Source: Tubiluchus corallicola
Lineage: Eukaryota > Animalia > Priapulida
Direction of reading: 5' to 3'
Assembly: GCA_030141605.1 (NCBI GenBank)
Contig: JAQGDQ010000170.1
Location: forward strand, 310,001 to 374,000
DNA length: 64,000 bases
A program made the translations under genes and the position numbers. The notes below the pieces were generated by a model that saw only the letters and a list, made by a program, of their open reading frames with translations, was not told where the DNA came from and ran no database searches. Positions 12,201 to 24,756 of this stretch are shown here, in pieces. Positions within the stretch are counted from its first letter, which is position 1. Each line of letters starts with the position of its first letter.

Positions 12201-13959
12201 ACACAAAGCCTGTAGAACTGGCATTATTATTATATTTGGTGTAGTGAAATATAGGAAATTCCTTGTCAAGCAGTCTTTGTAACATACAAAACTACAAGTT
12301 ACAACGAGAACCTTAGAACAGAAACGTTTCTTGTTTTAGACATTTAAAAGTTTATAACAGTATGCTTTCTCATTAATTAAAAGTCAAATTAATCCCTCCC
12401 TATAATATAAGCCGTTACAACCTAAAATCTTACTCCTATTAGGAATACTCAATTCGTTTTATTATATACGTATTGTAAAACTTGTTTCTTTTGTTTTTTT
12501 ACCACTTTCTTGTTAGCGGTATTAAATTTGAAGAACAGCCAGTTAATGTTGCGTGAGACGAGTGACGTAATGAGTGCAGTCATTAAGTCACCTTTCTGTA
12601 ATATGCGGGTAAATGCGCCAAGTTTTGAAAATAAACATCGGTAACCAAAGATGCTTTCTGCACTACGTACGTCATTCTCACTCACTTGTGGCAAAGATGC
12701 GGAACATGGCGATCTGTATGGTAATGCAAGCATTCAATACTCGCCAGAAAAAGGTAAGTTATTTAATTTATAAGCTTTTTTATGTAAAAATAACTATGAA
12801 TTCTCAGTGTGATCGTAATAATGCATTAAAAAGCTTCAAAGTCTGCTGAGGTCTGCAATTACATTATGATTGCGAATGCCAAAAGCTAATAAACCATTGT
12901 GGTTTATTTCATAACAATTATTAACCCTGTAGCTAATGAGCTGAGGGGATAATAGACGGGTCAACAGTTGATGAGAAACAAACCCATCAGTTTGTTAACT
13001 TCTGGCATTCACAGTCATAATCTAATCAATGATACTGATAACTGACACATATATAATTTGCAGAGTTGATATGACACTACTAGGCTTTCTTTTCGCACAT
13101 CTTTGCAATGAATAACTGCTACAGTTCTCTTCATAAGCAAAACAACTGTGTATACAGTAGCATAGTCACCCAACAGCATGACTTATATTATGTTTTGCAG
13201 TTCCATGGGTTGTTGATTATCTCCCATTTTCTCCTCATTTTAGTAACTCCAACTAGACTCACATTTTCAGTTTGCTAGTGTATTTACTTTCTCAATGGCC
13301 AGTTAATATTAATACCAAGTGCAAATCACAGTTTTTTGCAACCCGTATGTTAAGGCTCACTTTCACACCAACATGCAAATCATGTTCCCTTTCAGAATGT
13401 GTTTGCATAGCTATCAAATAAATTCTAATCTAGGGTAAGACACCAGCACTTTCTTTAAGAAACTGGATATTTCAGTTTCAAATTCAGCTAATCTCTGCAA
13501 TGCTGAACAATGCTGAAATTGACAAGCACAAAGCAGTCAACTAACTGTCCAGACCATATGCGACTTCCAGACTTACCGTCTCCCATACTTGAAGAGTTGG
13601 TTTCAAGACACCGATTTTCATTTGTTCGGTCTTTTGGTTAGGAACCTTCTGTGGTTTTTCAGCTTTCAAGGACAAAGACAGTGTTCGGTCATTTGTAAAA
13701 ACACATGATCACTTTTTCATTTTTTTACAACAATTATCTCAGTGCAAATGCATCTATACAAAAACCCAAACAAGGACAAAAGGGTTTAATGAAAGAATGA
13801 CTCCGCCATTCTTTGCCAATTTACCTTTTTGAAATCAAATAGCTCTTTTTGAAGTTTTTGGCGGGCTTCACTCTCATGATAGGGAAGACCAGGAATATGT
13901 GGAAGATTCTGCAATGTCGGCAACGTATGTGATCGAATGAATTTCACTATTCCATCCAT
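224..13959 (-). CDS. lgl: Lethal(2) giant larvae homologue (WD40 polarity protein, LLGL1/2 family), 5' part; gene continues beyond the left edge of the window
   Basis: Spliced exons 13959-13825 ([11 protein letters not shown]...[15 protein letters not shown]), 7117-7020 ([32 protein letters not shown]), 1101-1020 ([28 protein letters not shown]) and 372-224 ([16 protein letters not shown]...). All have GT-AG ends and compatible phases (0,2,0). The peptide matches the recalled Lgl N-terminus (KLxKELFxFxKTVxHGFP..PSAxAYDPEL..AIGT.SG...YGAPGVEF) better than tomosyn. Confidence 0.93.
1270..1511. mobile_element. Tc1/mariner-type MITE (~240 bp)
   Basis: Left end TA-CAGGGTGTTCCAAAAGAAACAATGCA and right end TGCACTGTTTCTTTTGGAGCACGG..TA form imperfect terminal inverted repeats. 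No coding capacity. Confidence 0.7.
5770..5955 (+). mobile_element. Possible decayed Ginger/KRBA2-like integrase-transposase fragment
   Basis: A + frame reads [25 protein letters not shown], resembling the H..GHGGRD[KR] zinc-binding motif of Ginger-type integrases. Surrounding frames are broken by stops. Confidence 0.35.
7722..7845 (+). repeat. Array of degenerate ~15-bp G(T/A)CAAAAGnC(C/T)ACC motifs, copy 1 (probable DNA-transposon subterminal repeats)
   Basis: gtcaaaggagcacca / gacaaaagactacct / gtcaaatggcca / gtcaaaagacaacct / gacagaggcccacca / gtcaaaggaccact. A related array lies at 9322-9460. Confidence 0.55.
9322..9460 (+). repeat. Array of degenerate ~15-bp G(T/A)CAAAAGnC(C/T)ACC motifs, copy 2
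   Basis: ggtcaaaaggctacca / gacaagggatcacaa / gtcaaaggactaa / ggtcaaatgcccact / gataaaagaccacct / aaaggacgacct. Confidence 0.55.
10690..10838. repeat. Imperfect tandem duplication (2 copies, ~75-79 bp)
   Basis: GTCAGACA...TGCACAGCACCAAAGTCCTAGTT(T/C)GT(A/G)TCCA(G/A)GCAACCAG occurs twice in tandem. Confidence 0.8.
11421..11572. repeat. Near-perfect tandem duplication (2 x ~77 bp)
   Basis: AATTTAATAAGTGATATTAAAA(T/C)TAATAAATT(T/C)CATTTTTTTT(T)CATTTTAACAATGGGCCACATAA occurs twice. Confidence 0.9.
12858..13026. mobile_element. Short MITE-like element with ~37-bp inverted repeats
   Basis: ATTACATTATGATTGCGAATGCCAAAAGCTAATAAAC versus the reverse complement of the right end, ATTAGATTATGACTGTGAATGCCAGAAGTTAACAAAC. 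Confidence 0.7.
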
Positions 13960-16137
13960 AGTCTAGCTGATCATGTGAATGCTAATCCAAAATGTTCAAC
14001 AAGTTGTCCAACTGTAACTAAAATAAAAACAAAATTATCACAAGGCTAAAATAGGTGCCGTACTAAAGGCAAAGCATTCAGTTAAATAAGTTTTACAAAG
14101 CATATTGGCTATACCACTTCTCTGAGGCAACACCTTTTACTAGCCAAATAACTGGGTGCTTTAAATTTGTATTGCAGTTACAGTTAAATGGTTTTATGAA
14201 AATTTTACAAAACAGACCTAAAGTATATTAAAGTATATTTAAATAAGTTTGTTACTAAACTGCAAACTACTAAATAACTAACTGCAAAATTTAGGGTCTA
14301 TAAAATGCTGTATTGTGCAAATACATGGTCAAGACTTTATTTTTTTATTACTCTGAGAGGTACCTACATTTTATCATATAGAACGGTTTCATTAAGTAGG
14401 TATAAACTTTAAGTCTCTGTCTTGCAGACCAACGTTAAATACATATGAGAAACATATACAAAAACTGACTTAAGGAAAAGGAAATTTGCAACAAAACAGA
14501 GAATGAAAGTTTTCTAAAACTGTTGACTAACTACACCAAAAAGTTCTTATTTCAGTTATCTGATTTTGCTAATTCTGTAAGCTACACTGCACTAAAAAAG
14601 TTTGGCCTTCCCAAGCTATCTAAGCAAAATAACAACTGCAACGATAAAGACAATGTTGAATTCAAATTAGAAAATGAAAACGATTATGCAGTGTATTACA
14701 GAGGTAAAAATTTATGATAGATTTCAGTTCGGACCAGATATTCTTGGATAAGGTACTCCTTTAACTACAATATCAGTATTATAAAACAGTGTAAACAACT
14801 ACTGGCGCATATTACAGAACACTATATTATTCAATGAATGCCGGCATAGATAGCTACGATGCTGCCCAGCGTAACTCGTTTTACCGGTGCCCCGGGACGC
14901 TAACCTAAATAGCTCACCTGTCGGCTTTGTTTAATGAAGCACAAACTATTAATTAAAAGTAGAATGGATAAATTCACAACACCCAGTGTCTTAATTCAAA
15001 CGTGTAGTTAGGAATAAGTGGAAAATAAATAACAAACTAATAACCTGCCACGACAAGTTCCACGGGAAACATCAAAATATTAACCACACAAAACACAACC
15101 AAAATCGCCAGCGCCAAAAGCCGACTTATCGCCTGTACTAGCCGATTTTCTTCACAGCACATCTATTTATCCGAGGCAAGAAAATAGTGCCCAAAAATTT
15201 AATGATTTTTCACTGTTTCCCCAATTGCAATTGAAAAGTAAAAACACGAAAATTACAACAATTATTGGTGTGACGAAACAAACTATTTGCTACCTTGGTT
15301 TAGATACAAGCGTAAAGGTAACAATTTATTTGGTATGCACACCTTGTATTACGCCGCCCTTTTCCCACGCTACGGCCGCAAAGCTGGCAGTGACGGGGAA
15401 GTTCACAATAATCACAGTTTCACACAGTTAGATCCGATCGTTAAACCCTTTTTTCCATGTTAATAATCGAATGCAAATCTCTCGGTCTAGGGTAACAAAA
15501 ATTACGTAATCATATTAACATAAGTGCTTCATCGCTAGTCTTGTACGATTTACCAAGTATAGTGCAGTGAGCCATTAATACTCAAAAATGTAACTTGTAA
15601 AAATTATAGAAATTCATAACGAGAGCTATATAGACAGGTTGGGTTATGGTAACCGGCAAAGTTTAGGCTCATTGTTAATGTTTTGACATTTGATTCTGGC
15701 TAATTAAAAGTAATTATGCTATTATGTAAACGTTGACAGCACAAGATTTTCTCATAATGAGTGTAGTTCTTGAGTTTTTCAATATTCTTGTAGGTCTACA
15801 GTATGCCAACGTGTACATTACTTACGCACGTCGCTAAAAATCTTATTTTTCGGCATACTAATTATGGGTGACGCGTATCTAAAATTACCGGGCGATTCGT
15901 ATTACAGCTTAATATAAAAATATTTATCCCAGGTTTTTACAGTTTTAAGGATCACTTTTTTTTAATTTTCAGGGATTAATTTAATAATAGATTTTCAAAG
16001 CTGGGTCATAACATTGCTTCGTTGCATATCATTGGCACAATTTAAGTTATTCTATAGTAACTCATCAGTCGAGCTATTATTTGTTCTAGGCATTATGCAG
16101 TTACGGTTTAACAGCTACTGAGCATTTAACCGTCCTT

Positions 16138-16150
16138 CGCCATCTAGTGG
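16138..16150 (-). promoter_or_regulatory. CTCF-like motif CCACTAGATGGCG (candidate insulator site)
   Basis: Fits the bilaterian CTCF core consensus CCACYAGRKGGCR. It lies between the lgl upstream region and the 3' end of the pentraxin pair. Motif match only. Confidence 0.35.
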
Positions 16151-16846
16151 TGAATTTTATAGTTACGCTAAGTTAGAGCAAACAGCTAAAGACCTATATT
16201 TAAGCAACACTAAACGAATACTATTAAAAACTAGTCCGAAATGCGAAGCATGGGTTTCTCGCTTGCTGTACACGCACGCACCTACATTTTGCTTGCGCGT
16301 ATTTGTAAAAAATGTGCAAACTTTAGTAACATTGCTATTACCTAGGGATGATGTCCTTCCGCTGGTTATGTATTTTATTTTAAATATAAGTTTATTATAC
16401 GATTCGTGTTTTGACAAGTTTTGACAACTTGTACGTGGGAACACCTGCTTAGTTATTTTAACATCTGTTAGTAAATCCTCATATAAATAGTCCGGCAACC
16501 AATGGGGTGAACCTTGCATTTGCAAGTTTTTTTCTCAGTGGTTTTCTCGTGTTCTGAGGGTCCTTTTTAAGAATATTAAGGGTGGCCCTGTGCCATACTT
16601 GAGCAATTTGAGATAATGAACCAAAAGTGTTACACTAGAGAAGTACGTACTACAACAAACATAATTGCCATGATCATGCAAATGAAAACACTAAGTAAAC
16701 TCAATTCAGTATTTTTCACTTAAGAGACATTAAAACGAATAAAAAATGGTTTAGTTTTTACGTACTCCATGGAAAACTGTGTTGGAGAATCTTACCAAAA
16801 TAATCTAATTAGTACGTAGTCGTTTTTTCAATGATTTATGTGTTTC

Positions 16847-17240
16847 TTAATCCACTAATATTAAGGTTTCATCCCAATTAGCTTTGTCATAATCAAAGAC
16901 GACTGGGCTAGTAACATTTTCCTTACTTTTAGCGATTGGACCTTGACAAAAGAAATTTATCGCAAAATGATCAGTTGTCAGAACAGGCTCACAAATACTG
17001 GGTTTATACACAAACCCTAGATCAGCACATAAGACTAAGTCAAGGATACTCTTGAGCTGAGTGCTTATCAATTCTTGTATAAGATTTGACTAATAGTTCT
17101 AGCCCTAACTCAGTAATCGTGTCAATAAAAGAATTATACAAAGGCGATTCTCTGAGAAAAACTACAAGCGGGTTCCATTCAAAATCTGGAAGAGGTTGAA
17201 TCTGGAATTTGTTGATGGCGAACAGGGTACACCTTTGCAC
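16847..17240 (-). mobile_element. Decayed CR1/L2-group LINE ORF2 fragment (C-terminal part of APE endonuclease)
   Basis: Two overlapping frameshifted ORFs give PDFEW...FIDTITELGLELLVKSYTR / ILDLVL...TDHFAINF...FDYDKANW, typical of non-LTR retrotransposon endonucleases (P.I.W, PTR, LDLVL, SDH, Y.KA.W). Confidence 0.8.
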
Positions 17241-19216
17241 CAGAACAAGAGCATCTGATCACGGTTAAAATTCCATCTAATGGTCCTAGTAACACCTGTT
17301 CTACGCATTTTACGGTGCCATACAGTGTAAAACAATATTATGCAAGCGATAGCAAAAATAGATTAGATTAATTCATGTTCTTGTTCAATTTAAATGTTGA
17401 TTTGATAGCATTTGAATATACTAAAAAGAGAACAGATGACTCCATTTTCTCGTAAACCTTAAAAGAGAGTATTATAGATTCTCTGCAAATGAACTGATTT
17501 TCAGTGTTCTTTTGTCCACGCGTAATTATGTAATGGATGATTAAGCTATCTCGCATTTGAGAAGGCTAAAGATGAGGTTATTACGTACTTTCTCCTGAAT
17601 TAATTGACGGGCTTTAATTGCTTCTTTCGCAGTTTGTTTTGTTTTTGTTCCAGCTGCATGATTTTCTCTTCATGTGATGGTACAAACCTACAATTAATTA
17701 AATTTTGAAACCAAATTCAAAAAGCAGGAAAAGTGAAAGACTTGAACACAGCTTGGATTTGAAGTAGGCACCTTCTGCTTGCCTGGCAGACGCCGCAATC
17801 GCGAAATTACCCCGGTACTCATCACGGTCCGAAATTCCTTAAGTTATCTTTGCCTTATGTGCCGTTCAGACATTGCTTCTGACAAAGAGTGATCGTTTTT
17901 ATGTTTTCCAGTATATGAAATTGTAAAATAACAGTGGGATTCTTAGGTACGATCAACGAGAAAAGAACTAGACAGTAAGGCAGTAATATCAGATTTTGTT
18001 CCCTGGGCTTTATCGACGTTTTGAGCCTATGCACGTCTAACTTAATGTGAGGTTCAAAAGTAAAAGAAAGCGGAAAGCCAAGAAATGCCTTTCAGACGTT
18101 TTTAACTCAAAAGGAAAGGCTGTTTTATCCTCACTGCCGTCGCGTTTTTTACGATTTTTACGTTAAAGTAACGTATAAAAAAACAGGGAGAAATATTTCA
18201 GAATGTGAAGAAAGGGGGGTTAACATTAAAAACGGGATTTTCCGTTAAATCGGTAGGGTTGAAAATGTCCTACTGCTAACCTAGCCTAAACATATAATTT
18301 TCATGAAATTTAGCTAAAAAGTTTATTACCTTATTTACTATGGATGTAACCCAAAACAGTGTCTAGCAGCTTACTTACACCCTAATTCGCGTACTCGGCA
18401 CACCTACTGTTCAGTTTAAATAATAATACAGTAACATTGCATACTGTGTTTTTTACTATAAATTTGTGCTCCATGCAGGTTTGTAATTAGATAAATACAA
18501 TTGTATGAAACGCTTTTATTAATAGATAAATCATTACTCAGCAATAACCGCTCTGTTCACGCAGTGCTCTGCTTGCTGGGGCCGCTGGTTGTCTACCGTA
18601 CTGCGGCTGTTAAATGCATCTTCCTTACGTGACGTCACAGCATTTTTCCTGAGTGTCATGTCAAGAAAAATATTTGTTACAGTACCAACGGCGCTTAATG
18701 TAAGTTACCATATTACATAAAAGTATGCATTGGAGCTGTTTTAAAATTAGGAAATATGTAGTTCCAATAACATAAAAATATGTCATTGGGCCTTTGAGAC
18801 ATTCTGGTCAGCCAGATCGCCTGGTGGGTGAGCAGAAGATCCTTCGTTCAAGTTTAGCCAATGTCCTAACTCTTTTATACTTTCTTTTTAAGTTCGGTTT
18901 CAAAGTTCAATTAATTGAGAGTTTGTACCATCATTGATAATAACCTAAACATTAAGCTTACAATTCGTCTTCATGTACTTGTATATATTTGTCACGGCGA
19001 TGCCCTAGCTATACAACGAGTTCACAGTAAATAAATTATCCAACACTGTAATCCATCTTAGTAAATTTTTACTCAAAAAAAAACAGAAAAGATACAATTT
19101 ACAAATGTTGCTAAATCTAGTTACGCTTTCAAAACGCGTGTGTATACATAATAAAATAATCTGGTGTTAATAACTGAGTGAAAAGATTCCTTAATAAATT
19201 GAGATTCCGTTTTTAA

Positions 19217-21499
19217 TTACTTATCTTCCTCTTCCTTGAAATATTCTCTAGTGCAAAGAGATGATGGGGAATAAACATTAACTGAACCAACAATTGCTGC
19301 TCGTGCATCAAACCAGCTAAGAACATCTCCATCGAGAACACAGCATTGATCATTTCGTATTTTTTGTTCTTCGCCAGTGAGGGCGTGCCCGTAGATATTC
19401 AGATTACTCAGTTCACCGACGCAAGCATTGATCGGGTCATATCCTCCATGCATGTAACCTTGTTCCTGGCAAATTACTAGCACACCATTGGGTACAAGTA
19501 TATGATTGGGAGAGATCGTCGTACTCTGGCACAGTGAGTCCACGCAAGACAGCAAGATGCCACCATCACTTTCCCAAGAAAGGCTGATGCGGTGCCACTT
19601 CGAGTCTCTCACCAGAAAATCTTCACGAATGGCCCTGCAATAAGAAAGCCATTTCATTGCCATTAGTGTGACAGGCTTGAACAATGACTGGCTTTAATTT
19701 ATGTCCTACCATTTCGTGGAACATTTGAACAGCACAGTAAAATCGAATAAGCAAAACGACAATGAAACCTGAAACTGACAAACTTTTAGCGCAGATCTTT
19801 TAGTGCTAACAGAATGACAGTCTCCAAGTAGAACAATAACTAAAGGATAATTTGAGATATTACACATACTTACACAGTCTGAGGCCCCAACGTTAAGAGA
19901 AGGTCGTCATACAATGTTTCATGGTGGGGCGCAAACTGGACTACTAGTTCATAGGGGTTGCCAGGTACAGCATACGAGATGACAGTGATGGGCCGAAGCA
20001 TCCGATCTGTTGTCCTAAATGCGAACACAATGGCACATTCTTTGAAGCCACTTTCAGAAAATGGTACTGTCAGCGCTAGCATGTCCTTTGTAGAGAGTCT
20101 GGTAAAGCCCACGTCATAACAGATGAAAGAGGATGAGCAACCTGAAATTAAAATTATCCATTATATTCAACAATAATTGGCATAGGCCTACGTAATATAT
20201 TTATGAAAAGCATTTGGCGTCTTCAGAATGCATTGCACCATATTGTAGGCCTATTATTGTATATTGCAGGCCTATTACTGCATATATAGTTCCTAAGAAA
20301 AGAAAACTGTACTGCTTGACAGACGAAATATGGTTTAATAGCACTTACTCAAATTTACTTCGTTTAGCGGGTCCGGCGCTTTTGTCAGGCTCACTACTGC
20401 TGACAGAACTGCAAAAATTTAATTAGATTTATAAAATTTAATTACTGCATCCAATTTTGCAAATATCTCTGGAATAATTTATGGATTTTAATAGTGAATG
20501 CAATTCTATTACACTTAAATACGTAGTTTTACAAAAAAGTGTCAGTAAAAGTGAAAACTATCTAGGACGCATATCCTATGATTATAGTGATAATGTAAAT
20601 ATTGCTAATAAGTTAAGACTATTTTATGCACGAGCTATGTAGTGACTTCATTTCTGTTCAAAGGAAATTAAAAGTATTTTATTCAAATCGTATTACAGAG
20701 GAATTTATTGTAGCAGTATATCGATATCCTATAAAAGATATAATATTGCACAGTTTAGATCGACATATGTCTCTCTTCGTAACTTTTTTAAATACGAATT
20801 AGTATGACGAATTAGTCTGGCATATGATAACAAGGCTTTAAAAAGAGCTGCTGTGTGTGTGTGTAGTTTAAGAAATTGTATACTTGCAAGTAAATAGGTC
20901 ACTGTTTGTTTTTAAAATTGACGAAAGATATTATGATTATTTTACATTGTAAATTTTTAGGCTAAAGTATTTTTAATATTTATCTTAGTTAGTATTTTTA
21001 ATTGTTACCATTTTAATCTGTGTTTACCAATAAAAATCAAGTAAAATGAACAAAAAGTACATTTTCAAATTGATTTAGCTTAATCTGCCTAATCGTAAAT
21101 TAGTCCCGCATATTTAAGTACGAAACGAAAAAAATATATTACTTTTCTGTTGCAATAGCTTTAGTTGCATAATGTTCATAAAGATAGGTACTACTTCCAG
21201 CAGTCAAACTATACACTGTATTTTTCAAGTGCAATTTTATTTCTATTTTAAATCAGCATTTTTATTATTTGTAAGCCTACTGTATGAATGTAGGTCATAC
21301 AGTAGGCTTACATTTCTAAATTGTTTATGTGCATGTAAATCAACCCTGTCAACCCTTTATTACAATAAATTAGGCCTACTGGGCTGTACTTTACTAACTT
21401 ATTCACAGTCTTCTTACAGGCACCGAAATAAAATCGTTATTATAACTCACCTAAGGCAGACAAAACTTCTCGTAACATGATGCCTGTCCAAGTCTTCAT
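19217..21499 (-). CDS. Secreted pentraxin-domain protein, paralogue B (264 aa, 4 exons)
   Basis: Exons 21499-21451 (MKTWTGIMLREVLSAL), 20408-20349, 20141-19874 and 19634-19217. GT-AG ends, phases 1,1,2, total 795 nt. Pentraxin/LamG motifs: ISYAVP..PYEL, DSKWHRISLSWES.GG, GVLVICQEQG..GGYD, VGELSNLNIY, GDVLSW. Confidence 0.9.
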
Positions 21500-22695
21500 G
21501 CCTAATGAACTACCTGGATAACTGACGCATGCACGAACAGTGTATGCTTTCGCTGGTTTCAACTGCTCAACTACCTTCAAATTTTTAGACAAAATGTTTT
21601 CCAACAAGCTTACAGTATGGCAAAATTAGCATGTAAGTGTAGGGTCTTAGAATCAGGCTGTAACTGGCTTCTGTAAAGGAATATTACAGTAGAATACAAA
21701 CATTTTAAATAACACAAGCAGTCATCCATACTATACGTAAGCGTACCGGAAGTTATTTTTAGGTCTACATGTGCGATATATATTTCAACTCGCAAGTGTA
21801 CATACAGGTTATAATCATTAGGGCTAATAAAATTCGGAAAGAAAATCGTACAGTTAAAGAAAAGCGTACATGTCTGTCCTGAAAAGTATACTTGACACAC
21901 AGATACTTTTTTAATAATAGAGTGCAACCGAAAACGTGGGGTGGTTACCTTGAAGAAATTTTTTATTATTAATATGGCCGACATTAATCGTCCAGTTATA
22001 ATCGTAAAAAATAGGAATATAACTGTGAATATCTGAAGCTTATTAAGATATTATTACTAAACCGACTCTTTCTACAGCGCAGTCATTGCTTAAGGAGCTG
22101 ATGTTCTTCGCCTTTTCTTAATTGGGCTAAATTTATCCCAAAATTTGAAATTAGGTGGAGTTTCACATGGTGCGCACATCACCAGATTCATAAAAAACAG
22201 TTACACAAAAACGATTTGTTAAGTTTTACCATAATTGCTTAAATAGTGAAAAACCTATAGTCAATTTCTGTGCTCATAATTCGCGATTTCATGCATCTTC
22301 TATAATGGCTTATCATTTGTCATCAATTTGTAATGAGTACAAAACTTTTTACACCAATGAAAATTTTCTTTCTAACGTTTTTTCCTGTACATCAGATGTA
22401 AGAAGTAATGTTAGAGAAAAAACAAATACGGATTGTAAATTTCATTAAAGAAGTTTAAGGGCTCTAGAAAGTAATTGTTTTAATTGTTTGACAGAAATGA
22501 GTTGTACGCCATACTAATATATCTTACTCTCACTCAATAGTATATTGAGTTGCGTTTATTCACGTTGCTTACTAATCATGTTAATTAATGTTATTTTATT
22601 TGTTGATCTGTCTGTATATTTGATGTAATTGTCCTATGAATAGCAATAAAAATGATATATATTGTAATATATATGTAATGTTGTAATAAAATGAT

Positions 22696-22735
<40 letters not shown>
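22696..22735. repeat. (TA)n microsatellite
   Basis: Direct reading. Confidence 0.95.
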
Positions 22736-23235
22736 AGGCATGCCAGCAAAGCTAGTAGATTTGCCCAAGTCACTGAGGCACGTGGATGACTTGGATGAAT
22801 TGTGAATATTATGTAATGGTGTTATGAACAAAATTTATATTTATAAAGACAAAAGTAATCAAGTGTATTCATCAAATATAGTTGAACTGTAATAATAAAA
22901 CTGAATACTAAATTTTATATATTCTTCCTATTTAAAAAACATTTGTTTATTAAATTACAAATAATTAATAGCATTAATCGGTCGCTGCTTTCTGCCCAAA
23001 ACAAATATTTACCACTGCTCATAGTTGTAATGACTATGCTGATTCTTTACAATATATACGTAAGCGTTTGTTAACAGGAAGCTCTTTGGTTAATGATGCC
23101 TTTCTGTTTCAGTAGCCAATGTATGCGAACTGATTCAGTTTTTTGCAAAAGACAGAATTTTCTGCGCTACCAATACCAAATAATTTTCTAATTTAAACTC
23201 ATGTTCAAATTTATAATAGTTCCTAAGTTACACAT

Positions 23236-23236
<1 letters not shown>

Positions 23237-23284
<48 letters not shown>
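23237..23284. repeat. (CA)n(TA)n microsatellite
   Basis: Direct reading. Confidence 0.95.
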
Positions 23285-24125
23285 CAAAATTATTGAACAA
23301 TTATGTATTAGTTATATAGCTTAAATGTCTAGTTAAAATACATAACTCGGAACAACTAAATGCATCTGCCGGTTCGGTATGTAAGTTGACATGTATATGG
23401 ATAATTATTATTGGTCACTGAAAAAGTAACACCCTAAAATACATTTCTCAAAATTTGAGTGGGCACAGTACAGCATCCAATCGGTTTGTTTGTTTGCACT
23501 AACAGGTAATCACAAAAAAGCCACACAGGGAACGTTCAACTTGATAACCTCCAAAAAGCCATAATGGGAATGTTAAGCCCTACAACCTGCCACAGTTTTG
23601 AGAACATTGTCACTACCTAACATTTAACAGCTTTGCGTTTGTGCTACGCACCATTGCAATATCACAATCAAGATGAGCAAATAAGAAATCTGTGGGGAAA
23701 GCTGTGACTTGGCGTTAGTCATTTTCACTCAAGCTTTTAACACCAGAGCACTTTGTTCAGCGCTGTTTTGACGGGTGTTTGAGTTTACTACATATGTTCA
23801 AATTAAAGGTTGTCGTTACGTGTCTAATCTGCTGAATTTAAATTTAATTGCAAACAAAAATATGAAAATATAACCTAAATAAAAGAAACAATAAATAACA
23901 ACAAATTCGCACAAGGCAAGATTTTTAAAGCAATTTATTTCAATTAACAAATGTCTGAAGACAAAAAGGGATTGATAAAGATAAAACATAACTGTAATGT
24001 ACAAACAACTTGGCAAAACTTTAGGACAAGAAAGAATTTTCAAAAAAATTATTAGCTGGTATTAAGGCATCAATTACAAAGGTATACAGCAGATTGTGCA
24101 GTTACTTGGACTGTTAAAAAATGTT

Positions 24126-24673
24126 TCATTTATCATCAGAATTAGCCTGGAGGAAAAATTTTTTGGCGCAAATAGAAGAGGGCGAGTACACATTTAATTT
24201 TCCTCTAATAGCTGCTCTAAAATCCGTCCAACGGATCACATCGCCATCGTCAATGTAGCATTCTTCGGCAAAATGGAGATGTTCCGTTTCATTAAACGCC
24301 TTCGTAATAATGTTGAAGCTACTGAGCTCGCCAACAAAACTTTGGTGAGGATCGTAACCGCCCAGAATTGTGTCCTGGTCTTGGCCAACAACTACAAATC
24401 CATTGGCTTCCAGTAGGTAGCCTGTCGCGAAACCTGTTATGGTTTGACAATTGCCATCAAAGCAGGCGATCGCATCTCCACTAGTACTCCATGACATAGA
24501 AACAAAGTGCCAATCTCCGTCTCTGACACGCACACCTTTTAAGATGCTCCTAAAACAAAGATATGCGATTATATGTTTTCGCAGCAGAAAGAAAAATTTT
24601 CGAAAACCGGTAGGTTATATAATATTCAAAAATATAGTAACAGCAGCAGCAAAAGCAGCAGTAGCAGTAGCAG

Positions 24674-24756
<83 letters not shown>

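Noticed and set aside
17745-17830. tRNA-like / SINE head on the minus strand (CTTCAAATCC B-box-like)
   Set aside because: Too degenerate to fold as a tRNA; SINE identity cannot be supported without a repeat library.
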